DNA of 64,000 nucleotides, taken from NCBI GenBank assembly GCA_951406725.2, contig OX597818.1, positions 95,046,001 to 95,110,000 on the forward strand. The letters run 5' to 3'. Positions within the stretch are counted from its first letter, which is position 1; every line of letters begins with the position of its first letter. The translations under genes were made by a program, and so were the position numbers. The notes under the pieces are model-generated. The model did not search any database. It was not told the DNA's origin and saw nothing but the letters and a program-made list of their open reading frames with translations. Of this stretch, positions 38,031 to 50,364 are shown piece after piece. The DNA comes from Octopus vulgaris. Taxonomy: Eukaryota.

Positions 38031-41000
38031 TACCTTTGTTGGACAATAAACATGTTATTTTCAATTGTAATGTGTGATCTGGCAAATGATATTGTTCATG
38101 CAAGAACAACTGCATCTATTTAAGTCTTTGTCTATATAATTCATCTGATTGTTTATCTATATATCTATCAGTCTGTCTCACACTTTCTCTCTCTTTGCCT
38201 CTAATGTCCTACTTATTTGTTATTTATATGTTTTTCTGTTACTTACCTGTCTAGCTTCTTGCCAGAGTGCTTAACTGTCCACATCAGGTTGATATATTTG
38301 TCTAGATCTACTTCCTCCACCAACTCACCCTAATCTACACAACTCTTAACCATATGTTTGCGAGTAAAACTGTTAAGTTGCTGCAGTATTCAGCTGTTTA
38401 GATACACACACAGTTCAACATTTGTTCACAAATAACAGAAAATCCTCACTGCATTTGCAGTGTGGTCAAGGTTAGGACTGGATGTGTATGTGTTTTCATT
38501 TTACACACACACATAAACACACATGCACACACATAGAGACACACATATCTATATCTAAATATATACACACACACAAACACATATTTACTTTGCATTTGTG
38601 TATATATGCAGTCAAAGTTTTAATTTTTTTTATTTATGATTTGTTATGTTGTTATATTTATTGGACATGTGTGTGTGAGAGAGAGAGAGAGACAGAAAAG
38701 TGTATAAATGTGCATATATAAATGTAATACTGTTCCATAATTTCTCCTTCCACCCCTCTATGTTCACATGCACACTCATACATGTGCAGGTGTGTGGATG
38801 GTGCATGAGTGTTTACAAGTGTCTACCATAGATATGTGTATGGTATGCATGTCAGGTATGGGAATCTTTGTCATAATGAATGCGTGGTCATAGACATTTC
38901 TACTATAATTATGAGCATGTGTTAGTCATGTTATGTATTGGAATGTCTCTTATATGAGTGTGTGGTGAAGTTTTATACACACACACACACACGTACACGT
39001 ACACAATATATACTTGTGGTTAATTTTTAGTTACTTGCAAACAGTTCCTGATTTCATCACTAATTCCATTCTCAGTGTGGTTTCCCAGCAATGATGGACC
39101 AGTTATTAGCTACATTTTGAGAAAAACTAGTTGAAATTTGGTTCATTCAAAAAGGTTAGGTCAGAATATGTGAGGTCAAAAATGGGAGGTAAATGTAAAA
39201 AATTGACTTTGAATCAAAATATCTCAGTTATTTTAAAAGAAAAGTGTAGGTTAATTGGGTTTTAAAAAATGTGTCCACTGAGACGGTTTAGGTGGAAACC
39301 TCATTAAAAAGTATAAGATACGACAAAATGTGTGGATTTAAGTGATGAAAATATTGGTCAATAACTCCCAAAATTGACTTTGAATCAAAATTCCTCAGCT
39401 ATTATAAAAGAAAACTATACAATAATTGTGTTCAAATGAAAGAGCTCTGTGAGGTGAATTTTACGGTGTAAGCCTCATCAAAAAATATTTGCTATAAGAA
39501 AAGTGATGTGGCTTTAAGTGATAAAAAAAGAGGTGAACATTTTAACAAGTCAAAATATTTTTGTAATTTTAAGATATTTAGCTTTATAAAAGACAGCATG
39601 ACATGTCATAGGTTGCTTAACTTAATGGTGCAGAGAGCTCATAGCTGGAGTTAAAGAGAGGTAGTATTTGATTTTCTGTAGCAGTTTGCTTAGTCACTTT
39701 TTATTGTTTTCTAAGGGTATTTAGCCAATCTTCTAAACCTGTTTTCACAGCCCTACCACATATGAGATTTCTTTAGATGAAAACCTTGTCAAAAAATGTT
39801 AGCTACAAAAAAAAGTTGTGTGGCTTATGTGACAAAAAAGAAAATAAAATGTTATGATTTTAAGAAATCCAAATATTTTTGCCATTTTAAGAGAAAAATA
39901 ATATTTGAACTTAGATGAAAGAGTTCATTGAAACAAATATCCTGAAAAACCCTGTCTAAAAGTTTCTGTTAATGTATGTACATATGTAATATATACATAT
40001 TAAAAACATTTAAAAAAAAACTAATTATCAATTATCTAATTAGAATATAACATTATTTTGTAATAAAAAACTGTTTAAAGATATATTTATTTGTAATAGA
40101 TATGTTACTATTAATCTTTTGTTAAGTTTAGGTGCAAACAAAATCTTTATTTAAAAAATATTTACAATACTATCATTTTTTTTTTTTTTCAATTATAAAA
40201 ATAGATATAATTAATTATAATAATAGAAGCGTTGCCTGAGAAAAAAGTGGATGAGAATGAAAAATGCAGGTGCAGAATCCTAGAATATTCTTAAGTGTTG
40301 AACCTGGAAAATTACAAAACAAACAGTAACTAAATCTGGAAAAGTACAGGACAAGAAAAAGAAAAAAATACTTAAAATATAGCTGCTGAAGTTAGAATTT
40401 GCTAAATAAATTTCTGAAATTGTTTATGAAGTAATGTGTGTACTGTTTTGTTTTTTATAGTTTTATTGCAATTTTTAAAACTTTAAGTTAATATTTTTCA
40501 TATAAAAAAATTTGTATTAAGCTAAAATATTTGTCTTATTTTAAGTATTATTTTTTAAAATTTTATTTTCTTAAAAAACTCATTCTCTAAAAATTTTAAA
40601 TTACTGATAATGTGTTATAAAATTAAAGTTGTGTAGAATATATGTAATTCAAAAGTGTGGTACCTTCGGTAAGTGTCTTCAACCATCCTTAGGCTGACCA
40701 AAGCCTTGTCAGTGAATTTGGTAGATGGAAACTGAAAAAGCCCATCATACACACACGTGTGTGTGTTTGTCACTCACCCCTGCCTGACAGTCATTATTGG
40801 TGTGTTTATGTCCCCATAACTTAGTGGTTCAGCTAAAGAGCTGATAGCATTCATACCAGGCTTAGAAAATAAGTACTGGGTTGATTTGTTTGACAGATTT
40901 TTCAAGGTGGTGTCCCAGCATGGCTGCAGTTTAATGACTGAAACAAGTAAAAGAATAAAGGGAAAATTAAGCATGCACAACAAATGAAAGACACACACAG

Positions 41001-41439
41001 GACAAAATACAAACAAGGTTAAGACCATATTTTTTCATCAACTTCTATAGAAGTGTGTATTTTCCCCAATGTTCCCAAGTTTTGGTGTGAAGACAGGACA
41101 ACAACAAGTATACTGAATTACATGGAAAGTTAGCTTGTAAGGCTAAGACAATACAGGAATGATGTTAAACAGTGAGGCCTTTCAACAAAAGCAAACGTTA
41201 ATAATAAACCACAAATGATTGTGGAAAGGGTAATGGTAAGGGAATTTTGAATGATAGTTAGGGATTACCCCTTAGAGAGAGAGAGAGAAAACAAGATGAC
41301 AAATACACACATATATAAACATATTTATGCACATTTACATATGCAAGCAAATATATGCTTATGTACAGATACACAAACATACAAATATGTAAATACAAAC
41401 TCACAAACACACACATGTGCCAAATCTCTGGAGCTTTGA

Positions 41440-41836
41440 CATGGATCCAAAACATTAGTCTCTTCAAAAGGTTATCTTTCAGAGTGAGGCTTGTTAAATA
41501 TGCCGTAATCATCATCATTAAACCTTTTAAACAACAGCTGACATGTACAGGCTTTCACTGCAAGTGGATACACTTCAAAAATGTTTTTCGTTGCTTCTGA
41601 AGTGGTACTTTTCTTTCAGAACTCATACAGTAAACAATGGCAAATATGTCGTTTCTTAAAGTTCTTGTCCTCCATGGAGTTAATTACTGAAATAACTATG
41701 AATGACACATTACTGGAGAGAAGTGATGATATATCCATTTGCAGACAGTTCCAGCCCATTTGACTTTGGTTCTGAAATGATTGGTTGATTCATATTTCAT
41801 AGTGATGAAAAAACGCAATTACTTTATGAACACCCA

Positions 41837-41842
<6 letters not shown>
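41440..41842 (+). mobile_element. Mariner-like fragment with one terminal repeat
   Basis: Ends aaaacgcaattactttatgaacacccaa.ata (mariner TIR-like), preceded by an SDEK (TGDEKW-like) segment. Confidence 0.4.
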
Positions 41843-41864
<22 letters not shown>

Positions 41865-41869
<5 letters not shown>

Positions 41870-42388
41870 CTATATATGATTTATATAATACTATATACTC
41901 CATTTAAAGCGACCAAACCTAAACAGTTGACTGACAAAAGATGGGCTGAACCACTGAGAATTGAACACAACATCAATGCTTACATGGCCCTATACATACC
42001 CAATTCATCCACATAGCCCACCCATCAATTTCAGCCAATTTTAATGTATAGATTATTTTAGTCTAGACTATGTATATTTATAAATTTGTAAACAAACCAG
42101 AAGGTTGTAAATTACAGAGAAGAGCGACTCAAATAGGTCCTTTTTAATAATAACTATAATTATATATTATTTATATAATAATATGTGCTCCAGAGCCATG
42201 TAAGTATTGATGTCATGTTCAATTCCCAGTGGTTCAGCCCATCTTTTTTCAGTCAACTGTTCAGGCTTAATTGCTTTAAATGGAGCATATATTATCATAT
42301 AAATAATATATAATTAAAGTTATTAAAAATTACCTATTTGTGTTTCTCTTCGCCATAATTTACAGCCTTTGGATTTGTTTACAGATTT
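41865..42388. repeat. Interleaved inverted repeats (A-x-B-A'-B') containing a B-box-like motif
   Basis: 41890-41990 inverts 42192-42292; 42081-42155 inverts 42312-42388; gttcaattccc within arm A'. Confidence 0.7.
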
Positions 42389-43717
42389 CATTATCATTTA
42401 ATGCTTGCATGGGTGGGTCTATAAATATATACATATATATGTATATAAGTGTATGTTTATATCTATATCTCTGTATATATCTGTAAATGTGAGATAGTTT
42501 AAAAGTAAATGTCTAGGTTAGAAAGTGACTGTTGGTCATCATATGGCTATACATTTGTCCATATTCTCCAACTAACATTTACACTTTTTGCTGCTATAAA
42601 AGATTCTCTTTGGTTCATTTTCTTTTGTTAGTGAGATGTCTGTTAACCAGGCCAATTTTCAAACTGGTAAAGGACAGTCTGCCGTATGTTGGCTTTTAAA
42701 TTAATTTGGACTTCTAGAATGTTTCCTTCTCTTATAAACACAAGAACTAACACACTTCAGTTCTGATGTCAACTCTGATGATGTGAAGATATAATTATTA
42801 CATGAGGCCAGACTTCAGTAATTCCATTTGATAATTTTCACTGAAACATGCGTAAGCATGCTATAGCTAAATGATTTCACAACAAACTCTCCAGTCTTAT
42901 TTTTTTCCAATATGTTTGTCTGTATATGTGTGTGTATATATTTATCTGCATGTTTGTGTATGCATATACACACACAAACTTTTTCCTCATACCTTTAATT
43001 TCAATTCAGTATAGTTTTTTTTTGTGTCAACTATGGTATATATATGTGGTGGTGGGTGGGGTTGCATATATTCAGAGTATGATTCTATGCCAAAATCATG
43101 TCAGCTGACTCACATACTAAACATTGAAGTAAATTAAATTACTGAATTATTGAACAGCTCAACTAATGAACGATACTGCCATAGGTTTGAACTCACCTAA
43201 AACTTACTATTTTCCTACCACCTTCAGCGAAGCATGTCAATCTTCTTGCCTTTGTCAATCCTACCTCATATTTTAGAGTAGAATGTCTTGTCTAAAGTTT
43301 GTAGCCAAATTGGCAGAGACAAATAGAAAAAGAAATTGTCTATTTATTTCAGTTGTACAACTTATATATAATATCCCACTTAGTCTTGGTCAACCTTAGT
43401 TGTAAATCTTAGGTATAAACACCCATTCTATTTTAGTCAACTTCCACTGTAAACCTTAGACAAAACAACCCTAGCTGTAAGCCTTAAGTAAAGCACATTT
43501 TCTTATTTTAAGTTAACTTCAGCTACTCCACTTAGGTCCATTTCAGTTACATGCCTTAAACATGTCACCTCATGCTACTTATCCACACCACTCTAGTCTC
43601 CTTAGTCAATCTCATGTATAACCCTGAATCAAGTGACATCATTTTATTTATATATCAGTCATCATTGCAAATATAAAGTGAGAGTTGTCACTAATGTGAT
43701 GGCAATGTGTATGTGTA

Positions 43718-44608
43718 CAGGGTGACCCCCCCCAAAAATGGGTACTTTTGAAAAACCCAACAAAATAGGAAAAATCCAAATCCAACAAAAAAATTGATTG
43801 ACAGATATCAAACAAATAAAATGGCAACTTATGAAATGTGTAGTGGCAACCATGTAGTACTGTACATTTGGCAGTACTGTGGTACAGTGAGCTCCATGCA
43901 GAAACAACCTTGTAATTTAATAATCATGGATCAGTAGAACAGACAACAGCATATTTTCACCATAAAAATGCTTTACAAAAACAACAATAGTTCGGAGGGT
44001 GCACAGCGTGAGTTCCAATGTCATCTTAATTTAGGGCATCATGGTCAGGTTCCCTCAAAACACGTGATAAAAAGGTGGATTAAAAACTTTGAAGAGACTG
44101 GATCAGTTTTGAAAAAGAAACCGACAGGACAACCAAGAACTGTTCATACTCCATAGAATATTGAGACTCTACATGTCTTACAGAGCCCATGTTGTTCAGC
44201 TCATAAGCAAGCAGCTGCAGTAAGGTTGTCTTGAGAGAGTGTTTGCCGAATTTTCCATTTTGACTTAAAATTTCATCTATACAAGCTGCAGATCATACAA
44301 AAACTGAAGGAGAATGATCCCCAGTTGCAATTAGATTTCTGTCAAAAAATTAGGGAAGACATAAATGAAAAGAACGAAGGCTATAGTAGAAAACACTTGC
44401 CCAAGGTGCCACGCAGTGGGAATGAACCTGGAACCATGTGGTTGGTAAGCAAGCTACTTACCACACAGCCACTCCTGCGTCTATAAAGGCAAGTTCTTTA
44501 CTTTTGTCAATAAAGATTTGTTGTTGGATTTGAATTTTTCCTATTCTTGTTGGATTTGAATTTTTCCTATTCTTGTTGGGTTTTTCAAAAGTTCTTGTTT
44601 TTTGGGAT

Positions 44609-44613
<5 letters not shown>
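43718..44613 (+). mobile_element. Internally deleted Tc1/mariner element (HTH region only) with ~85-bp TIRs
   Basis: ta|cagggtgaccc...ttttgaaaaacccaacaa left TIR with an inverted right copy; ORF PSKHVIKRWIKNFEETGSVLKKKPTGQPRT...YKLQIIQKL; no DDE domain; SINE fragment inside. Confidence 0.8.
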
Positions 44614-44676
<63 letters not shown>

Positions 44677-45101
44677 TTTTTACTTGTTTCAGTCATTTGA
44701 CTGCAGCCATGAAGGTATTTAGTTGAACAAATCGACCCCAGAATTTATTTTTCAAGCCTAGTACTTATTTTATCATTCTCTTTTGCTGAACTGCCAAGTT
44801 ATGGGTACGTAAATACACCAGCACCAATTGTCAAGCAGTGATGGGGTGGACAAACACACACGCACATACACATATATATGACAGGCTTTTTGTAGTTTCC
44901 ATCTACCAAATACACTCACAAGGATTTGGTCTGCCCAAGGCTATAATAGGTGACATTAGTCTTAGGTGTCACTCTGTGAGACTGAACCTGGAACCATGTG
45001 GTTAGGAAACAAGTTTCTTACCACACAACCACACCTGTGTCTATATATATATATGTATATATATCTGTAAATGTAATATGTGACTATTATTTGGTAGCCA
45101 T

Positions 45102-45167
45102 GATAAAACTCCGAGTTTCAGATGTCAGGGGAGGGGGGGAATCCACACCGCCATCTCTTCAGTTATC
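45102..45167 (-). ncRNA. Type I hammerhead ribozyme motif (inverted partner)
   Basis: Minus strand: gauaa-CUGAAGA-GAUG...CAUC-U-GAAA-CUCGGAG-UU-uuauc. Perfect stem I. Confidence 0.65.
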
Positions 45168-45203
45168 CGACCATCAGAATAAATACATTTTTTCCGATGG
45201 CCA

Positions 45204-45264
45204 GATAACTGAAGAGATGGCGGCATGGATTTCCACCCCGACATCCGAAACTCGGAGTTTTGTC
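45204..45264 (+). ncRNA. Type I hammerhead ribozyme motif
   Basis: gauaa-CUGAAGA-GAUG...CAUC-C-GAAA-CUCGGAG-UU-uuguc. Intact core; stem I has one G-U pair; GUU triplet. Confidence 0.65.
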
Positions 45265-45699
45265 ATGGCTACTGAATAATAGTCACATATTACGTTTACA
45301 GATCAATTCCTCTATTTACATAATAACGATGTCTCTTTCATTCTTTTATTGTCTTACCATTTCTCTCAATATATATATATATGTAATGTTATGATGAGTG
45401 TGGGGGGGGGGGGTAGTTGGGAGTATCATATGGCTCTGTGTGAATGTGTGCATGTGGTATTGAGTCCCTTTTTGTCTGTTTGTAAGTTGCAATGTGATCT
45501 TCATCAGAAGATTATACATTCTATATAATGCTGAAGTTTATCACAGAAAAATACACTTCCATATAATTTATTCATATGTCAATTAATGCTGATTGGTGCA
45601 GTCATAGGGGAATATTGGAATACTTATTAGAAAAAAAACTGAGTCTGTTTGTTGGACAAAGTTGAGTTTAGCAACAAGATAATAAAGAATGAATTGGTG

Positions 45700-45925
45700 T
45701 CTCTGCAATAGTAGTAGGATATATAATAGACTTTCAATTCATGGTAGATGGATATACAATAGACTTTCAATTCATGGTAGCTGGATTTGCAATAGGCTTT
45801 CTATGTGTGGCAGCAGAGTGTATAATAGGCTTTCTGTTTGTGATAGTTGGGTTTACAATAGGCTTACTTAGGCATGGTCACTGGCTATACAATAGACTTC
45901 CTATGTTTGGCAGCGGAGTGTAATA
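45700..45925. repeat. Degenerate 30-bp minisatellite (~7 units)
   Basis: Recurring aatag(a/g)cttt ... gg(t/c)ag...tat at ~30-bp spacing. Confidence 0.8.
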
Positions 45926-45927
45926 AG

Positions 45928-46143
45928 TCTCAAAAGTTCCTGAGTTTGGGTAAAAGAAATACTGAAGGATCAGTTAATTTTGATTTTCTTCAACATATTC
46001 CCTTCAGATTCACACACCTACTGCAGTGGTCCTTCAGTTTTTGTAAGCCCTCTAAAAGAACTTGGGAGGTTGGACCTCCAACCAAACCTTTCACAATATT
46101 CTAAAAGCCAGGAACTATACAGCACCCCTTGTGTATGTGTGTG

Positions 46144-46186
<43 letters not shown>

Positions 46187-46401
46187 TAGGGTTGCTGAAA
46201 GGTTCCTGGCTTTGAGTAAAAGAAAATACAGGAGGATCAGTTAATTTTGATTTTATTCAACATATTCCCCTCTCAGATTCACACACTTATTACAGTGGTC
46301 CTTCAGTTTTTCTAAGATCTGTAAAAGAACTCAGGAGGTTGGGCCTCCAACCAGGCCTTTCATTATACTGTTAAAGCCAGGAACTACATAGCACCCCATC
46401 A
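45928..46401. mobile_element. Two tandem copies of a ~210-bp mariner-type MITE separated by (TA)n
   Basis: TIR gctgaaaggttcctggcttt / aaagccaggaact...agcacccc; internal sequence duplicated at 45928-46132 and 46185-46401. Confidence 0.75.
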
Positions 46402-46559
46402 TATATGATTGTTAGATGTATTATAGGATTCCTTTAAGTGGCTGGTTGGTGTATACTAGGCTTCTCATTTGTGGTGAGTGAGTGTATAATTGGCTTCATG
46501 TGTATATGTGTGTGTCTGTGTGTATGTAAAAACACGTACATATAAATTATATTCATGTA

Positions 46560-47472
46560 TACATAGACATGTAGATTTTTACTGCCTCCAAGAAGTAAGG
46601 TGGAGAGGAGGTTCCGGTAGGTTCCTCACAGGCAAAGAACACAGGTACAAGATTTTCTGGGCAGGGAACACTGACGAGGTCGGGGGCATAGGTATACTTC
46701 TTGCGGAGAAATGGGTTAAGGTAATCAAGGTAGTCAGAGTATGCAATAGAATATTTAAGATTAGATTAGTGCTACGTCATGGGTTAGCAGCCATTATTTC
46801 GGCCTATGCCCCTGAGCTGGGGCCACCTGATGGACAGAAAGACCAATTTTATGACACCCTCTTGCAGACTACCTCGTTGACGAATGACAGGGACCTTCTC
46901 TTTGTGGCTGGTGACTTCAATGGCCATGTTGGACACATGCAGAGGGCTTCCATGGCTCCATGGCATACATGGAGGCTATGGTTTTGGTTCCCACAGTGAG
47001 GAGGGAACCAGGCTGCTGGAGTTCTGCAATGCAAATGATCTTATGGTTTGCAATACTAACATCAGGAAACCTGCTAGTCACCTACTGATCTGGTTGACAC
47101 ACTAGCCAAATTGATTACAACCTCACCAGAAAAAAGGAAAGATGGCTGCTTATATATGCCAAAACCTTCCCAGGCGAAGAATGTACCCCACAACATAGAC
47201 TAGTAGTTAGCGACTTCAGGATCAGGGCTAAATGGATGCCCAGAAGACGACCAGCATGGAGAAGAAGGGTCTGGAAGCTTAAAGATCCTGTGAATGGACA
47301 AAGATTTAGAGATGTATTACTCAAAGCTTTTTATGAAATATAGTGGGATATAGCATCACATGATGTGGAAGACAACTGGAGGTTTCTATGGAACAACCTG
47401 CTGAGAGCCACTAACCAGATCTGTGGATGATGCAAAGCCCTCTCTTGACCCAAGGTAATGTGGTGGTGGAAC
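46560..47472 (+). mobile_element. RTE LINE endonuclease fragment, same family as 30600-32912
   Basis: VD..CLQEVRWRG, ISAYAP, AGDFNGHVG, QIDY, PQHRLVVSDF. Confidence 0.9.
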
Positions 47473-48066
47473 ATATATATATGTATATATATATTTATAT
47501 ATGATAGACATGTTTGGTTAAGAAATTTGATTCCCAAACACATGGTTTCTGGTTCAGTTTCACTGTGTGGCACCATGGACAGCCACTTTCTACAATAGCC
47601 CTGGACTAACCAAAGCTTTGTCAGTGGATTTCCTAGATGGAAACTGAAAGGAACCAATTGTGCTTGTGTTCTTCTCCTAACATCATGTGGTAATTGTAAG
47701 TAAGCATCATCATCATACAAACAGTATTATTCATTTATAGTCCTCCGGCCAAGAGGAAATATTACAGGAAGGGCATATAGCCATAGAAAATACGCTTCAA
47801 CAATTTCCAACTAACCCTGCAACAGATACGTGGACATTGAAACAATGATAGATAGATGGATATAAAATTAAATTAACACCACAAAAATACAATAGATAAC
47901 AAAATAAAAATTATTGTATTTGGTTCACACTCAGAAATAAAATGTCATTAATATTTCAATTGTAAGACCTGCATCACCAAGATCGGAATGTGGTTATGAT
48001 TTTATGATTGTAACCATTAGCGATGATGATACTGAGGGATTAATTATGTTTTTTTTTATTCTGCAG

Positions 48067-48127
48067 GGTTCTGGGGAGTTGGTATAGAGACTGCTGTGTT
48101 TCACCGTACAATTGCCATATATTTCAT
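48067..48127 (+). CDS. TMEM72: TMEM72-like membrane protein, internal coding exon (first exon located with confidence)
   Basis: Acceptor ttttttttattctgcag, donor AT|gtaagt. Reads (x)GG-FWGVGIETAVFHRTIAIYF-AT, resembling the GVGxET...YLL segment of the TMEM72 family (recalled sequence). Phase 1 in, phase 2 out. Confidence 0.8.
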
Positions 48128-48431
48128 GTAAGTATTAATTACTAATCCTTTACTTTACGATTTACCCATAATTAAGGCTGTTTCTTTTAGTTCTTTGCTT
48201 CATCCCTATTTAAGGGTCATCTTTCAGTCTTTTGCTTTTACTCTTGTTTAAAAAATAAAAGGCAGTGCTTTATTTCCACTCCTACATTCATTTTAACATC
48301 TCTTTTTTCCATGCTGGCATGGGTTAGATGGGAAGTTATTTTCAGTAAGATTTTACAGCTAAATGCTCTTCCTGTCACTAACTCCAGCTTGTTTTTCAAG
48401 TAACAGATTTTCCTTTATTCCACGAGTTTTT

Positions 48432-48657
48432 TAACCCTTTAGCATTTAAACTGGCCAGATCCGACTCAAATATTATACTTGTTTTATGATCAATCTGGCT
48501 ACAGTCAACCTCTCACACTTACCCTATGATGTCATACTAAAAATAAACAAGCACATCATCGAACTCTCAATGCAAAAGATAATGCATGATTAATTCAAAA
48601 CAATGTGAATAAATAAGCATTACATTAGACAGAATAATCTGAATGTGAAAAGGTTAA
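48432..48657. mobile_element. piggyBac-like TTAA MITE; related copies at 49315-49540, 49628-49845, 59500-59606 and 60115-60240
   Basis: ttaaccctt...aaggttaa ends and shared internal sequence among copies. Confidence 0.65.
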
Positions 48658-48846
48658 AGTGCATTACAACTGTAATAATGCCAACATTATTAATGTTTTG
48701 CTCAAGCAACAAACTTAGACTATCAGCGTTCACACACAATCATATGGTGGGCTTCTTGTGGCTTCTGTCAACCAGATTCACCCACAAGACACAGATTGAT
48801 CATGGGCCATAGTACAAGACATTTACCCAATGTGTCACACGGTGGA

Positions 48847-49173
48847 GGAGCACTCCGTCAGTTGTGACGACGAGGGTCCCTGCTGATATGATCAACGGAA
48901 CAGCTTGCTCATGAAGTTAACGTGCAAGTGGCTGAGCACTCCACAAACACGTGTACCCTTAACGTAGTTCTCGGGGAGATTCAGCGTGACACAAAGTGTG
49001 ACAAGGCTGGCCCTTTGAAATGCAGGTACTGCTCATTTTTGCCAGCTGAGTGGACTGGAGCAACATGAAATAAAGTGCCTTGCTCAAGGAAACAATGTGC
49101 CACTGGGAATTGAACTCACGACCTTACGATCATGAGCCGAATGCTCCTAACCACTAAGCCATGCACCTTCACA
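48847..49173 (-). mobile_element. SINE nested in another SINE
   Basis: Family match to 13945; TSD ACACGGTGGA (48837-48846) / ACACAGTGGA (49174-49183) inside the host SINE. Confidence 0.85.
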
Positions 49174-50059
49174 ACACAGTGGAACTGAACCTGAAATCAT
49201 GTGGTTTCAACCTGAACTTCTTAACCACACAGCCATGCTCTTATAAGTTAAGATGTTTTCTTCACCCTCACCCCTATCTAAAAGCCAGGTACCAGTCTCT
49301 TGCTTTACTTGTTTTAAACCCTTTAGCATTCAGGTTACCCTGTCAAATATAATACTTATTTATTCATATTGCTTTGAATTAATCATGCATCATCTCATAA
49401 CTCTAAAATTTCTGTGATGTGATTGTTTATTTTTAGAATGACACTGTAGGGTAGGTATGAGAGCCCAGATCTGGCCAGTTTGAACATAAAGCAGATAGAA
49501 TATTTTGGCCGGATATGACCAGTTAAAATGCTAAAGGTTTGAAGGTGCTTCACTTGTATTTAAAATATTTTCTATAGGTCTTTTACTTGATCCCTTTTGC
49601 TAGTGGTGAGGAAACAAGAAGTTATGTTGACCCTTTGGTAGTCAGTTTAGTTTGTTAAATATAATGCTTATTTATTCACATTGTTTTGAATTAATCATGC
49701 ATCATCTTGTAATTTTGAGATGAGATTGTTTACTTTTAGTATAAAATTGTAAGGTAGGTGTGAGAGGCTATATTTAGCCAGTTTGGACATAAAACAAATG
49801 GAATAGTTTGGCTGGATATGGTCAGTTTAAATGCCAAAGAGTTAAATATGTTAGTGTATTGCTCAGTCAATCAATCTATATGTATCTATCTCATACATGT
49901 AAGATACTGATTCTTTCAAATATCCATTAACATGTTGGACGGAAGAGAGTTTATCCTAGCTGTAGCTATGTCACATACAAGGTTTGGTTTCATCTTAGCA
50001 TTGCAAGACAAGAAAACATTCATGAGTTATATAGTGCTCCCTCTGCTTGCATCTGCTTG

Positions 50060-50364
50060 GATTGTTCATTCCTTCTCGAGCCACGCTTCGCTCATAAGGG
50101 CCAGTTTCCCAGTTTCCTTGCCATATAGGTTCCCCACCTGGACGGGATGCTGGTCCGTTGCAGGTGAGCTGCAAGATTCAGGAGGAAAGAGTGAGAGAAA
50201 GTTGTGGCGAAAGAGTCAGCAGAATTTCGCCATTACCTTCTGTTGGAACCGCATGGAGCTTAGGTGTTTCGCTCATAAACACACACATCGCATGGTCTGA
50301 GATTCAAACCCGCGATCCCTTGACTGCAAGTCTACTGCTCTCACCACTAGGCCATGTGCCTCCA
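50060..50364 (-). mobile_element. tRNA-derived SINE, family of 61792-62107
   Basis: Clear similarity to the head, body and 3' part of the 61792 copy. Confidence 0.8.

Larger units (their letters stand above)
45063..45303. mobile_element. ~240-bp palindrome formed by two inverted hammerhead-bearing units
   Basis: Arms 45063-45177 and ~45190-45303 are imperfect reverse complements. Confidence 0.8.

Noticed and set aside
38235-38400. Perfect minus-strand donor (CAG|GTAAGT) near 38246
   Set aside because: No convincing acceptor, protein similarity or further minus-strand exons.
45700-45925. Regularly spaced 30-bp repeats resembling a CRISPR array
   Set aside because: Degenerate head-to-tail units without unique spacers, eukaryotic context and no cas genes.
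46563-47513. ATAGACATGT direct repeat as TSD of the RTE fragment
   Set aside because: The left copy is part of the RTE coding sequence and the fragment lacks a 3' end, so the match is probably chance.
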